From Promethearchaeota archaeon (GTDB lineage: Archaea; Asgardarchaeota; Lokiarchaeia; Sigyniarchaeales; SOKP01): a stretch of DNA of 64,000 nt. A program made the translations under genes and the position numbers. The stretch is from assembly GCA_019057865.1 (NCBI GenBank), contig JAHLWP010000017.1, positions 1 to 64,000 of the forward strand, written 5' to 3'. Of this stretch, positions 41,856 through 50,598 are shown one piece after another. A model generated the notes under the pieces. The model was not told the origin of the DNA. It searched no databases and was given only the letters and a program-made list of their open reading frames with translations. Position 1 is the first letter of the stretch, and every line of letters begins with the position of its first letter.

Positions 41856-44318
41856 ATGCATAATCCAAAATCAAAAAAAAAGAAGATTTTTATGAGACTA
41901 CATTTAAATAAAGTTATTACAATCTTAATACTATTCCTTTTATGTGCAAATATTATCATTCCAATGTCTACCTTTCTAGATAATAATAGATCAATCTTTT
42001 TGACGGATCATTCGCAATCCTACTCAAATATCAGTAACGGTTCTGGAGCTCTAACTTTAAAGGTTGGTGCAGCTTCTGGCCCTCGTGATCTTGATCCGAT
42101 CAATTCATGGGATAGTTTTTCAAATGATGTGATTGAACAAGTAGCAGAAGGTCTATTTTCTTACAATTATTCTGATGTTAACTTACCCCGAATAAATTTA
42201 CTCGCCCAAAGTTATTGGTGGGAAAATAATGTGACCCTTCGAGTACAATTAAGGCAAGGCATTCAATTCCACGATGGTACTTCATTTAATGCCACAGCTG
42301 CTAAATGGAACTTCGATAGGATAAATTATTTTATAAACGCTACAGGAACCCTTCCAGGAACTGTTCCGATTGCTCAAACGGAATCATTATGGAGGCTACC
42401 AAATGGCGAACCGATTATCAATAATACCGCGACTGTTGGTGATTATAATATTACCATCACTTTGAATGGTGTCTTTTCACCTTTCTTAGATTTACTATGC
42501 TATACAAATGCTTATATGCTTTCCCCAACCTCAACTCCGGCTACGGACTGGATAGTTCTTACAACAGGAGACTTGGTTGGAACCGGTCCTTTTACGTATG
42601 TTTCTTATACACCAGATGTAGAAGTGAGATTTACACGATTTGATAATTATTGGAGAGGACCAGCATATTTCTATACCTTGATTTTTGTTATCATCGAAGA
42701 TGCAACAGCCCGAAGTAATGCTATGCTAACTGGAATGATTGATTACGTATTTAGGCCTTTACCTTCTCTATATGATATTTTTGAAGCAAATACTACCATT
42801 ACAGTAAAAAGGTTTACCGAAGAAACTGGAAAGGCCAGCTTGATTTACCACTACCTTGGTATTAACAATCATAGAATTAACAAGACTATGAGACAGGCTA
42901 TGGCTTGGGCTTTTCCTTACGATTATATGCTTGAGGTAATGTTAGAAGGATTTTTAGGAATACGAGCTTATTCACCAATTTCTCCTGGTTTCGGGCCAAT
43001 TTATAATGAATCTGTTAATTATCCTTACTTTGATTTAGCGAAGGCAAGGCAAATATTACTTGATGCCGGAGTTGTTTCTGGTTTAACTGCAAATAATGAT
43101 ACTACCGGTCCCGTAGCAGATGCATGGAAAGCCGCTGGTATTGCCACCTATAACTATACCGCTAATATTGGTAATGCTTTTAGAGAAGGTCTGTTGGTGG
43201 TTCTCCAAGACGCTTTCAGCCAAATCGGTATTACAGTAACGGACAATCTAATGACTTGGTCAGAATTCCTTGACATCTTACTAAATCCAAGTAGACATGA
43301 TGAATTAGAACTCTATTTCATAGGTTGGTTCCCTGATTATCTCGATCCTTGGAACATGTTAGATCCATTATTTAATCCTGCCTCAGCATCGAATTCTGCA
43401 CAAGTGAATGATCCATACCTAACCGCCTTGTTGCAAGCTATGCTAGAAGAACTTGACCCAGATGTTAAAAATGACCTGGTTAAACACGCTCAATGGTATT
43501 TTGCTGAAAATAGCTTCCACCTATATGCATATCACCCCACTATTACTGCTGTTCATGCTGCAAACTTGAAAGGAGTAGCTTATAACGCTATGGATAAATG
43601 GCAGGCATATCCTATCTATCGTGAGTTAGGACCTATACCCGGTCCTTTTACATTACTATCTACTGCAGAAGATCCGGATGAGGATGGTGAATTTGATTTA
43701 GTATGGTCAGATGCTGAGGGTGCTGTGAACTATTCAATATATCAATATCATAATTTTATAACCGAAATTAATGGAAGTTTAATACCTTTAGCTACTGAAA
43801 TTACTGATCTTACAATACATTTAAGTGGATATGCTACAGGTACCTATTATTTTATTGTAGTTGCCCATAATGAGTATGGAGATACGCTTTCCAATTGTAA
43901 GGAGATAATAGTAGATCTTCCTCTTCCAGGCAATTTCATACTATTATCTAATGCGGGAGATCCTGATGATGACGGCGAATTTGATTTAGTATGGTCAGAT
44001 GCTGAGGGTGCTGTGAACTATTCAGTATATCAATATCATAACTTTATAACCGAAATTAATGGAAGTTTAATACCATTAGCTACTGAAATTACTGATCTTA
44101 CAATACCTTTAAGTGAATATACTAATGGAACTTATTATTTTGTTGTAGTTGCCCATAATGAGTATGGGGATACCCTTTCCAATTGTATTGAAGTAGAGGT
44201 CGCTATTCCTCCTACAAAGGGAGAACCAGAGATTCCAGGATACAATTTATTATTAATTGTTGCTGCTTTAGGTGCCACCATAACCCTGCTGCTTAAAAAA
44301 AAGCATAGCACAATATAA
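41856..44318 (+). CDS. Family-5 ABC substrate-binding protein with two FN3-like repeats and a Loki-CTERM-like anchor
   Basis: FHDGTSFNATAAKWNFDR, GTGPF; C-terminal EIPGYNLLLIVAALGATITLLLKKK. Confidence 0.92.
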   Translation: MHNPKSKKKKIFMRLHLNKVITILILFLLCANIIIPMSTFLDNNRSIFLTDHSQSYSNISNGSGALTLKVGAASGPRDLDPINSWDSFSNDVIEQVAEGLFSYNYSDVNLPRINLLAQSYWWENNVTLRVQLRQGIQFHDGTSFNATAAKWNFDRINYFINATGTLPGTVPIAQTESLWRLPNGEPIINNTATVGDYNITITLNGVFSPFLDLLCYTNAYMLSPTSTPATDWIVLTTGDLVGTGPFTYVSYTPDVEVRFTRFDNYWRGPAYFYTLIFVIIEDATARSNAMLTGMIDYVFRPLPSLYDIFEANTTITVKRFTEETGKASLIYHYLGINNHRINKTMRQAMAWAFPYDYMLEVMLEGFLGIRAYSPISPGFGPIYNESVNYPYFDLAKARQILLDAGVVSGLTANNDTTGPVADAWKAAGIATYNYTANIGNAFREGLLVVLQDAFSQIGITVTDNLMTWSEFLDILLNPSRHDELELYFIGWFPDYLDPWNMLDPLFNPASASNSAQVNDPYLTALLQAMLEELDPDVKNDLVKHAQWYFAENSFHLYAYHPTITAVHAANLKGVAYNAMDKWQAYPIYRELGPIPGPFTLLSTAEDPDEDGEFDLVWSDAEGAVNYSIYQYHNFITEINGSLIPLATEITDLTIHLSGYATGTYYFIVVAHNEYGDTLSNCKEIIVDLPLPGNFILLSNAGDPDDDGEFDLVWSDAEGAVNYSVYQYHNFITEINGSLIPLATEITDLTIPLSEYTNGTYYFVVVAHNEYGDTLSNCIEVEVAIPPTKGEPEIPGYNLLLIVAALGATITLLLKKKHSTI
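43641..44187 (+). repeat. Intragenic tandem duplication, period 288 bp (96 aa)
   Basis: GAATTTGATTTAGTATGG at 43689 and 43977; near-identical DGEFDLVWSDAEGAVNYS...HNEYGDTLSNC. Confidence 0.95.
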
Positions 44319-44678
44319 AAAATCTAAATTTTTTTTTTATTTTATCATATAAAAAGCTTTCTAACACGAGATAAAAAAATTATAATTAATATTTAATTAT
44401 TCTACTTAACCTAAAATTATTATTTAAATATAATGCCAGATAATAAAGTGCCTGAACCAGTTGATGGACTCAAATTCATAGACACGCATTGCCATTTACC
44501 TTTATTGTTGAAGAAGAGCAAAATATTGCTATAAATGATGAGACTTCTAGTAAAATCATCAATAAAAAAGAGAGCAGTCTACAAATCAATAAATTTGAAA
44601 GAATCATAATGGATATTGGAATCCTTATTAAAGGAGGATATAAAATTGATTGAAAGGTAAATTCAGAATCCGATTTCA

Positions 44679-45763
44679 ATGAAAATTCCTTTGGAAAAAA
44701 CGAAGGAAAAGGTAAGAAGATTGAAAATTATTGGAGAATCGATATCTGGTATACCTGAACTACAATCAGGTGCAGAAGTTCCTGTTAGATTGATGCCAGA
44801 AGGTACACAATATGAAAAGGGAGATATCATAGTATTTTATAGAGATGAAATAAAAATCATCCATCGAGTTGAGTATATCCAAGAATCTAAGGGAAAGATA
44901 TTCTATGTTACTACAGGATTAAATGCTGAAACCAATCAATATGTAGACAGTAGTCTTGTTTCCCAAGATGATGTTATTGGAAAGGTTGATCACTCGAAAG
45001 AGGCTTACCTAGAACTTAATGAAATGATAGCAAGAAGATATGTACCATTCATAATAGCTTATAGAATGACTCATAATTTAGAAGTTGAATTAACGAATTT
45101 TATGGAGAAGAAAGAAGCAGTATTACAAAACGCTTTAAATATAGTAATGAAGAAGGGTAAAAAAGAGGATTACAATTAATATCATCTAGAAATTCGAATA
45201 AGGAATTAACTTTTGAGGAATTTACATCAGCATATAAAGAAGCATGGATTAAAATGGGAAAATATGGAAATGCTAAATTAACATGGAAACATGTTGGTAT
45301 TAACAATGATGGTTGTGGTAAAACATTTATAAACAGTTACAATAATCTTAGAGATAATATTAGTAATTGTCCAACATGCGATAGTCCATGGAAAAATCAA
45401 AACAAAACTCATAAAATATTAGAAGTTCTATTCGGACAGGAGTTTGGAGAAGAAGTTTATTTAAGAGATATTAAAGAAATCATAGATAATATTGAAACCA
45501 ATCCCAAATACAAAAAATATAGGAGACAAATGGATGTATTCCAGATGAGGTTAGATGATAATGCTAAATTGAATATTAAAGATAAAAATGGAAATTATAT
45601 TAAGTTAGCAGTTGAATCTCAGGGATCTCAACATTACGAAAATGATAAAGGTTGGAAAGCAATCTTGTTTTTTACAATTTTGATGGTAAAGAAAGAATTA
45701 AAAATAATTTTATCTAAATTTCTTAAAAAACAAAATGAATTATTGTTTTTCAACTCTCTTTAA
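44679..45763 (+). pseudogene. Remnant 3' part of a large protein: S26 signal-peptidase-like domain, Zn ribbon, PD-(D/E)xK nuclease; frameshift in the A6 run at 45159..45164
   Basis: GES...GDIIVF...IIHRV...TTGLN...VIGKV; one added A gives GKKRGLQLIS...KLTWK...CGKTF...CPTC...RLDD...LAVESQGSQHY. Confidence 0.65.
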
Positions 45764-46074
45764 AATTATATTATACTAAAAATAGTTGAATATAATAATT
45801 TCGATTGGCATTTTAATTTTAAAGCATAATGAGAAAAAAAATTAAATAAATATATTTTAGTTGCTGAAATTCAAAAGCTCAGAATTCCTTGCTCATTAGA
45901 ATTTAGATCCGAAAAGTTTGTTTATTTTCTATATCCGTATGACATTAATGAGAGGATATGATTTCTCAAATCTAAATTAAACGATATTGATAACTATTTT
46001 AAAAATTATCAAAACAAACCCATAAAAAATGATCAAGTAATAAGTGATTCCTTCTTTCTAAATTGTATATATAT

Positions 46075-46178
46075 TAAGCTTATTTTTAAAAAAGATAAAA
46101 ATAAATAATTGATTTTGATTTTCGGGGCTATTTCTCACGCCATTGGATATCACACTGACCACAGAGATATTTCTTTCC
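46075..46178 (-). repeat. Stranded copy of the gelsolin gene 3' end plus downstream 53 bp (repeat of 49406..49509)
   Basis: GKKYLCGQCDIQWREK* versus GKKYRCGLCSVEWREK*; non-coding part about 90% identical. Confidence 0.9.
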
Positions 46179-46358
46179 ATCTTTAATCAATATTCCTCTG
46201 GAAATAGTACTGTTGTTCTTGATCGATCTGCTTCTGTATATATAAGAATAAGATGAAATAATTCTTAAATCATGTTCTAATGAATAAAGATTCTCCTTAA
46301 AATCTTGCTCTGGAATCTCTCCAAAATCTCCCAATAAATGCCTTTTAAGGCAATTCAT
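46128..46358 (-). pseudogene. Chimeric ORF: truncated plasmid/ICE-type RHxxGDWG protein joined to the gelsolin 3' relic
   Basis: FCQFVMNCLKRHLLGDFGEIPEQDFKENLYSL...RIISSY, then a switch to GKKYLCGQC. Confidence 0.6.
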
Positions 46359-46474
46359 TACAAATTGACAAAAAGAGGGTTCTTTTTCTATTCTTTTATG
46401 TATTTGAAGAATAAAAATAATTTTACCATAATCAAATAACTTTAGGTTTTCTATTTGTCTTAAGTAATAACTTT

Positions 46475-46789
46475 TTAAAGCTCTCTCTTTCTTATAATAG
46501 GTTCTTTTTGTGGTAAAAGGTCGTATTCATCTAAGAGCATAGCATAATTTTGCATTTCTTCCTTACCAAAAAAATTTAAATAATCCTTATATTCTTGCTC
46601 TGTTTCAAAAGATGGTGGTCTCTTGCGTCCAGAATAACATAAGGCAGAATCTATTATATGTCTCTTTAAATCTGCTTTTTCTCTTGTAAAGTGGCGTATG
46701 TCATATCTTCCTTTATAGATATTTCCATCTTCAAATTTAACTTCAAAAAAGGTCTTCAAATATCCATATTTATCTTCTTTGGTCAACAT
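46475..46789 (-). CDS. Mobile-element protein, possibly LPD25-like
   Basis: GYLKTFFEVKFEDGNIYKGRYDI resembles my recollection of the LPD25 motif; needs HMM confirmation. Confidence 0.45.
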   Translation of the reverse strand: MLTKEDKYGYLKTFFEVKFEDGNIYKGRYDIRHFTREKADLKRHIIDSALCYSGRKRPPSFETEQEYKDYLNFFGKEEMQNYAMLLDEYDLLPQKEPIIRKREL

Positions 46790-46828
46790 TTGTGTTGTTA
46801 TCTTTCAGTTAGCTCACCATATTTACAA

Positions 46829-47005
46829 TCAATAATTCAGATCATTATCACATCCAGAACAATGATAACATACCTCATATAACTCTTCCTCTGAAAGTTT
46901 CTCAAAGCAATCTCGACAAAAACAACAACAATCATCATACGATCCTTTATACTCCTCAAATTTTCCACATTCCTCACATTTTTCAACCCTAACTTTCCAA
47001 GACAT
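46829..47005 (-). CDS. 58-aa metal-binding microprotein with 10 Cys (not in the ORF track)
   Basis: MSWKVRVEKCEECGKFEEYKGSYDDCCCFCRDCFEKLSEEELYEVCYHCSGCDNDLNY; GGTGAG SD upstream. Confidence 0.65.
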   Translation of the reverse strand: MSWKVRVEKCEECGKFEEYKGSYDDCCCFCRDCFEKLSEEELYEVCYHCSGCDNDLNY

Positions 47006-47024
47006 ATATCAAATCTCACCAATT

Positions 47025-47237
47025 TTACTTAATATCATAATAGGCTTCTTGTAAAAAGAAATCAGTATTTCTCTGAATATAATTATCTATTATCTCTGGA
47101 ATTCTAATCTCCAAATTTTCAATAAGATCTTCGTAATCTACTCCTTTAACTTCGGCAAAATCTTTTATCTTTTCAGTAGGAATCTTAATAACAAAATTTA
47201 CATTTACTCTAGAAGTATCATTCTTCTTCCCATTCAT
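47025..47237 (-). CDS. Small virus/plasmid-like hypothetical protein
   Basis: Starts 2 bp after the stop of the upstream small ORF. Confidence 0.6.
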   Translation of the reverse strand: MNGKKNDTSRVNVNFVIKIPTEKIKDFAEVKGVDYEDLIENLEIRIPEIIDNYIQRNTDFFLQEAYYDIK

Positions 47238-47239
47238 TC

Positions 47240-47404
47240 CTAATTATCCCTCTTCTTTCTCATTACTTTTACAATTTCAAAAGAATTACTAACATATTCT
47301 CTTGGTAATTCCACATTTTCGGCTTCCATAATGGCTTCCTCTTCACTTTCTGCCTTAAAAGTATATTCCAAATTTATATTTATAATAACGGTAAATTTAG
47401 CCAT
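47240..47404 (-). CDS. 54-aa virus-like protein with an AESEEEA motif (not in the ORF track)
   Basis: MAKFTVIININLEYTFKAESEEEAIMEAENVELP...; GGAG SD upstream. Confidence 0.6.
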   Translation of the reverse strand: MAKFTVIININLEYTFKAESEEEAIMEAENVELPREYVSNSFEIVKVMRKKRDN

Positions 47405-47595
47405 TTAATCATACTCCGTACAACGCCAATTAGGATTAAATTTAACATCCGTATTTTTTACTATTTTTATTTTTTAGAAGATTTTAACCTAACTCCCATA
47501 TATTGATGTTCAAAACGGTCTATAAATATGATTTTTAGAGGGAAGACTTAAAAAAAGAAACGACAAAAAAAAAAAAATAATTATTTTTTCATTTC

Positions 47596-48270
47596 TTAAA
47601 AAGGAAAATAATAGATCCCGATGGTTATAAAAAATCCTACTATATAAGAACCAATAAAAAGAGTTAATCCTGAATAAATGAATTTGTAATCTGAATTTCT
47701 TGCTCCATGAATAACAAACAGACCAAATGAAATACTTAATAATATATTGAAGAAAGATTGAAGAACTGCTATTAATTTTTGGAAATCTGTAGTACCTGGT
47801 TCAAGATGTAACAAATATTTGAACATATGAGCAATTCCCCAGTTTAGAGTAATTAAACTCAATCCATAATAAATCAACCATAATATAGATGCTGCCAATA
47901 AATACAATCCAAATGCTTCCTTATTAATACGTGAATACATAAAAAGTAAGAGACTGGCTACGAAAAGGGGAATAGTAGTGATTAGTCCTATAAATATAAA
48001 ATAATTCACAACCATAGTCCTTTCTTCCTCAGTTAGGTATACATAATAAAAACCTTCTGGCAAAAAAAGAGGTATAAATCCACAAATCATACCTAGTAAT
48101 GCAAACACACTCAAACAATCAAGTTCATGAGAGCTTTCTCTATGTTCCTTAGCTGAAAGAAAGATAAATAAATATAAAATGAAGTTAATTATAGTACCTA
48201 TAATCAGAGGTAATCCTAAATGCATAAAATACTCGGGATCATATTGTAAATATTCAAATTTAAGAGTCAT
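47596..48270 (-). CDS. Multi-pass membrane protein (about 6 TMs)
   Basis: Hydrophobicity pattern. Confidence 0.75.
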   Translation of the reverse strand: MTLKFEYLQYDPEYFMHLGLPLIIGTIINFILYLFIFLSAKEHRESSHELDCLSVFALLGMICGFIPLFLPEGFYYVYLTEEERTMVVNYFIFIGLITTIPLFVASLLLFMYSRINKEAFGLYLLAASILWLIYYGLSLITLNWGIAHMFKYLLHLEPGTTDFQKLIAVLQSFFNILLSISFGLFVIHGARNSDYKFIYSGLTLFIGSYIVGFFITIGIYYFPF

Positions 48271-48432
48271 GATTATCTTCTTTTAATTAATTGAAGGGAT
48301 TTCTTAGTTTAATTTATTGAGTGATATAATAAAAAAAAATATATTAAGATTCCCCTAGGTTTTTTTTATTTTACTATTGTTATATCCGTCTTTCAAGGAA
48401 ATTCCCAATATAAGTTATCAGATGGTAGAACA

Positions 48433-48732
48433 GTGTTAGAATGGTGGAAGTATGGTAGTTCCATTGCAAGGAAGGTTCATTCATCAAAGATGTTTTCAGA
48501 TAGATTAAAAAGTTTTAATGAGCGAATAGAGTATTTAGTTGATCATAATTATGATTATGAAGCTTGGTTGAATAAATTTTATAGTAATAATTCACCCGAT
48601 TGGATTGCAAAAGGCAAGATTCAAATGGATCAATATCAGTGGATGGTGGACAAATTAAAACACTTGCGTTATTATGTTCACTTAGAGGATATTGATCTTG
48701 TAAGGGAGTTGTGGGGAATCTGGACACCATAA
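48433..48732 (+). pseudogene. Probable orphan C-terminal tail of a larger protein
   Basis: Frame extends upstream (QGNSQYKLSDGRTVLEWW) with no good start; weak similarity to the tail of 18..1976. Confidence 0.4.
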
Positions 48733-48802
48733 AATTTAAGGTCTCGATAAGATTATATATCTAAATTATTTTATTTATTTAGTTATCTGTTTTTTTATTG
48801 TT

Positions 48803-49378
48803 ATGAAGAAGGAAAGAGCAATCATAATTAAAGATCCACGGCTTCAGAAAATTAGAAATGAATTGAGAACCTTACTAAAGTTATGGAAGGAAGATATAGT
48901 AAATTCTCTTAGGGTTAAGGCTTCTGAGTATTCTGAAGGGGGTGATGACCAAAAATCTAGAGATACTCGAAGGAAGATCTCAGAATTAGATTTGTTACTA
49001 AAATTATCCATTTGTACCTGTCTACATTGTGGTCATAGCGATAAGGATATGATATATATCCCTAAAATGAAGCAATGGCTTTGTATTGAATGTAATTCGG
49101 AACGCGTATATTTTGAGAAATTGAGAAGTGAGCTTCGAACAGATATGAACATGGATGACATACGAGAATTTTTGGACAGGTTGATGGGAGATGAGGGCAT
49201 CGGTCTAACACGCTTCGGGTCGAGATGCCATGGGTTTACTTACTCTAAGAGGATTCTGGATAAGATGGGAATCGATAAGGGGATTCAGGATAAATTTTTT
49301 GAGTTATGTAAATACTATGGAGGGTATTGTGATTGTGAGATTATTTTTAATGCAAAGCCTCAATTATTACAAGAATGA
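48803..49378 (+). CDS. Zn-finger protein (paralog of 1988..2821) with C-terminal DUF2695 domain
   Basis: AIIIKDPRLQKIRNELR; CLHCGHSDKDMIY-x6-WLCIEC; GGYCDCEIIFN. Confidence 0.8.
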   Translation: MKKERAIIIKDPRLQKIRNELRTLLKLWKEDIVNSLRVKASEYSEGGDDQKSRDTRRKISELDLLLKLSICTCLHCGHSDKDMIYIPKMKQWLCIECNSERVYFEKLRSELRTDMNMDDIREFLDRLMGDEGIGLTRFGSRCHGFTYSKRILDKMGIDKGIQDKFFELCKYYGGYCDCEIIFNAKPQLLQE

Positions 49379-49458
49379 ACCCATTTTCCCAGTTTATTCA
49401 CATAATAAGCTTTTTTTTAAAAATAGATAAAAATAAATAATTGATTTAAATTTTCGGG

Positions 49459-50472
49459 TTATTTTTCTCTCCACTCTACTGAACACAGTCCGCAGCGGTA
49501 TTTTTTACCGTACATCCTCGGGTAGTCGAGTATAACATTGCTTTTATCAATACTTTCATGAATTAGATCCTTATTTTCATTCCCACATTCAGGGCATTTT
49601 CGGCGACCTTCTATCTTTTCAATAGTTATTATCGAATCATCAACTTTACCCGGTATTCCCGGCGCAGCACCAGAAGCACTTGGGGGTCTAGGTTTGGAAG
49701 CAGCAATTATATCTGCTTTTATTTCTTCTGGAGTAACCTCTCTTATTTCTGCTTTACGTTCTGGCTGAATTTCTGCTACAGCTTTATCTGCTGCGGTCTC
49801 AGGCTCTAATACAGATTCAGCACGTAATTGTACTGCATCAGATTCTTTGTAATCTACTCCTCTTTCTAGAGCTGCAAAGAACTCGGCATCATCCCCCTCT
49901 TCATAAATTGTTTCGTTTTGTAAACCAGCTCGATCGGCATCGATTTGTCTGGCCCATTGACCTGATTTTACACGTTCTTTAACATTGGAGTCCCCTCCAT
50001 GCCAAATATATACTTTGTTACCCAAATCTGCTACATAACAATCCTCTGATTCTAAGGATTCTTTAGAAAATGGAACTTGTATCATTTTCATGGTATTAAT
50101 ACCTTCAAATTCTTCAGATGAGACGCGATATAAAACATTTTTCCACTCTGAGAAACCTGCCCAATCACCGGTGCTTACATCTTTTAGTAAGGTTTTTGCC
50201 ATATTTTTTTCAACAACTTTCATTGCCCCCATAGTATTAACTAATTTTAAAAACTCAGAAGTTTCTTGATTTTGATCCACTGTAATAATTCTAGCTGCTC
50301 CCCCTCTTTCTTGATCTAATTTGCGAGCTTGAGCAGCTCCTGCAGTTTTCTCGTCTACAGAACACTTGCTCCCGATCCAAACATAAATTGTACGTTCATC
50401 ATCTAAAAGGTATGTATCTCCCGTGGAAAACACTGGTTTTTTTACTTCTTTTAGTTCCCCTTTATCAATCAA
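49459..50472 (-). CDS. Two-domain gelsolin-like actin regulator with Pro/Ala linker and C-terminal Zn ribbon
   Basis: FSTGDTYLLD...IYVWIGSKCSVDEK and LESEDCYVADLGNKVYIWHG...VKER; CPECG...CGLC. True start may be ATA at 50484. Confidence 0.9.
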   Translation of the reverse strand: MIDKGELKEVKKPVFSTGDTYLLDDERTIYVWIGSKCSVDEKTAGAAQARKLDQERGGAARIITVDQNQETSEFLKLVNTMGAMKVVEKNMAKTLLKDVSTGDWAGFSEWKNVLYRVSSEEFEGINTMKMIQVPFSKESLESEDCYVADLGNKVYIWHGGDSNVKERVKSGQWARQIDADRAGLQNETIYEEGDDAEFFAALERGVDYKESDAVQLRAESVLEPETAADKAVAEIQPERKAEIREVTPEEIKADIIAASKPRPPSASGAAPGIPGKVDDSIITIEKIEGRRKCPECGNENKDLIHESIDKSNVILDYPRMYGKKYRCGLCSVEWREK

Positions 50473-50598
50473 ATAAAGTTTTATAATAAATTCACCTTTT
50501 AGTTTTTTTTAAAATTTATATACATTATAAAAGAATCCTTATAAAAAGTTTGATAATATTACTAATATTTTAATTATAAATTTCGAGAAAAAAATAGA

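Larger units (their letters stand above)
39734..49509. mobile_element. Composite accessory island of nested element remnants between the coiled-coil gene and the gelsolin gene
   Basis: Bounded by about 140-bp imperfect direct repeats; internal gelsolin 3'-end relic; many truncated genes and virus/plasmid-like small ORFs; no integrase seen. Confidence 0.6.

Noticed and set aside
45156-45165. Programmed -1 frameshift at GGT AAA AAA G
   Set aside because: The A-AAA-AAG heptamer is not in the required frame; a homopolymer deletion (mutation or sequencing error) is simpler.
46837-47022. Track ORF MVRFDICLGK...
   Set aside because: An overlapping frame (46829..47005) gives a CxxC-rich protein with an ATG and SD; the track ORF's start lies in that SD region.
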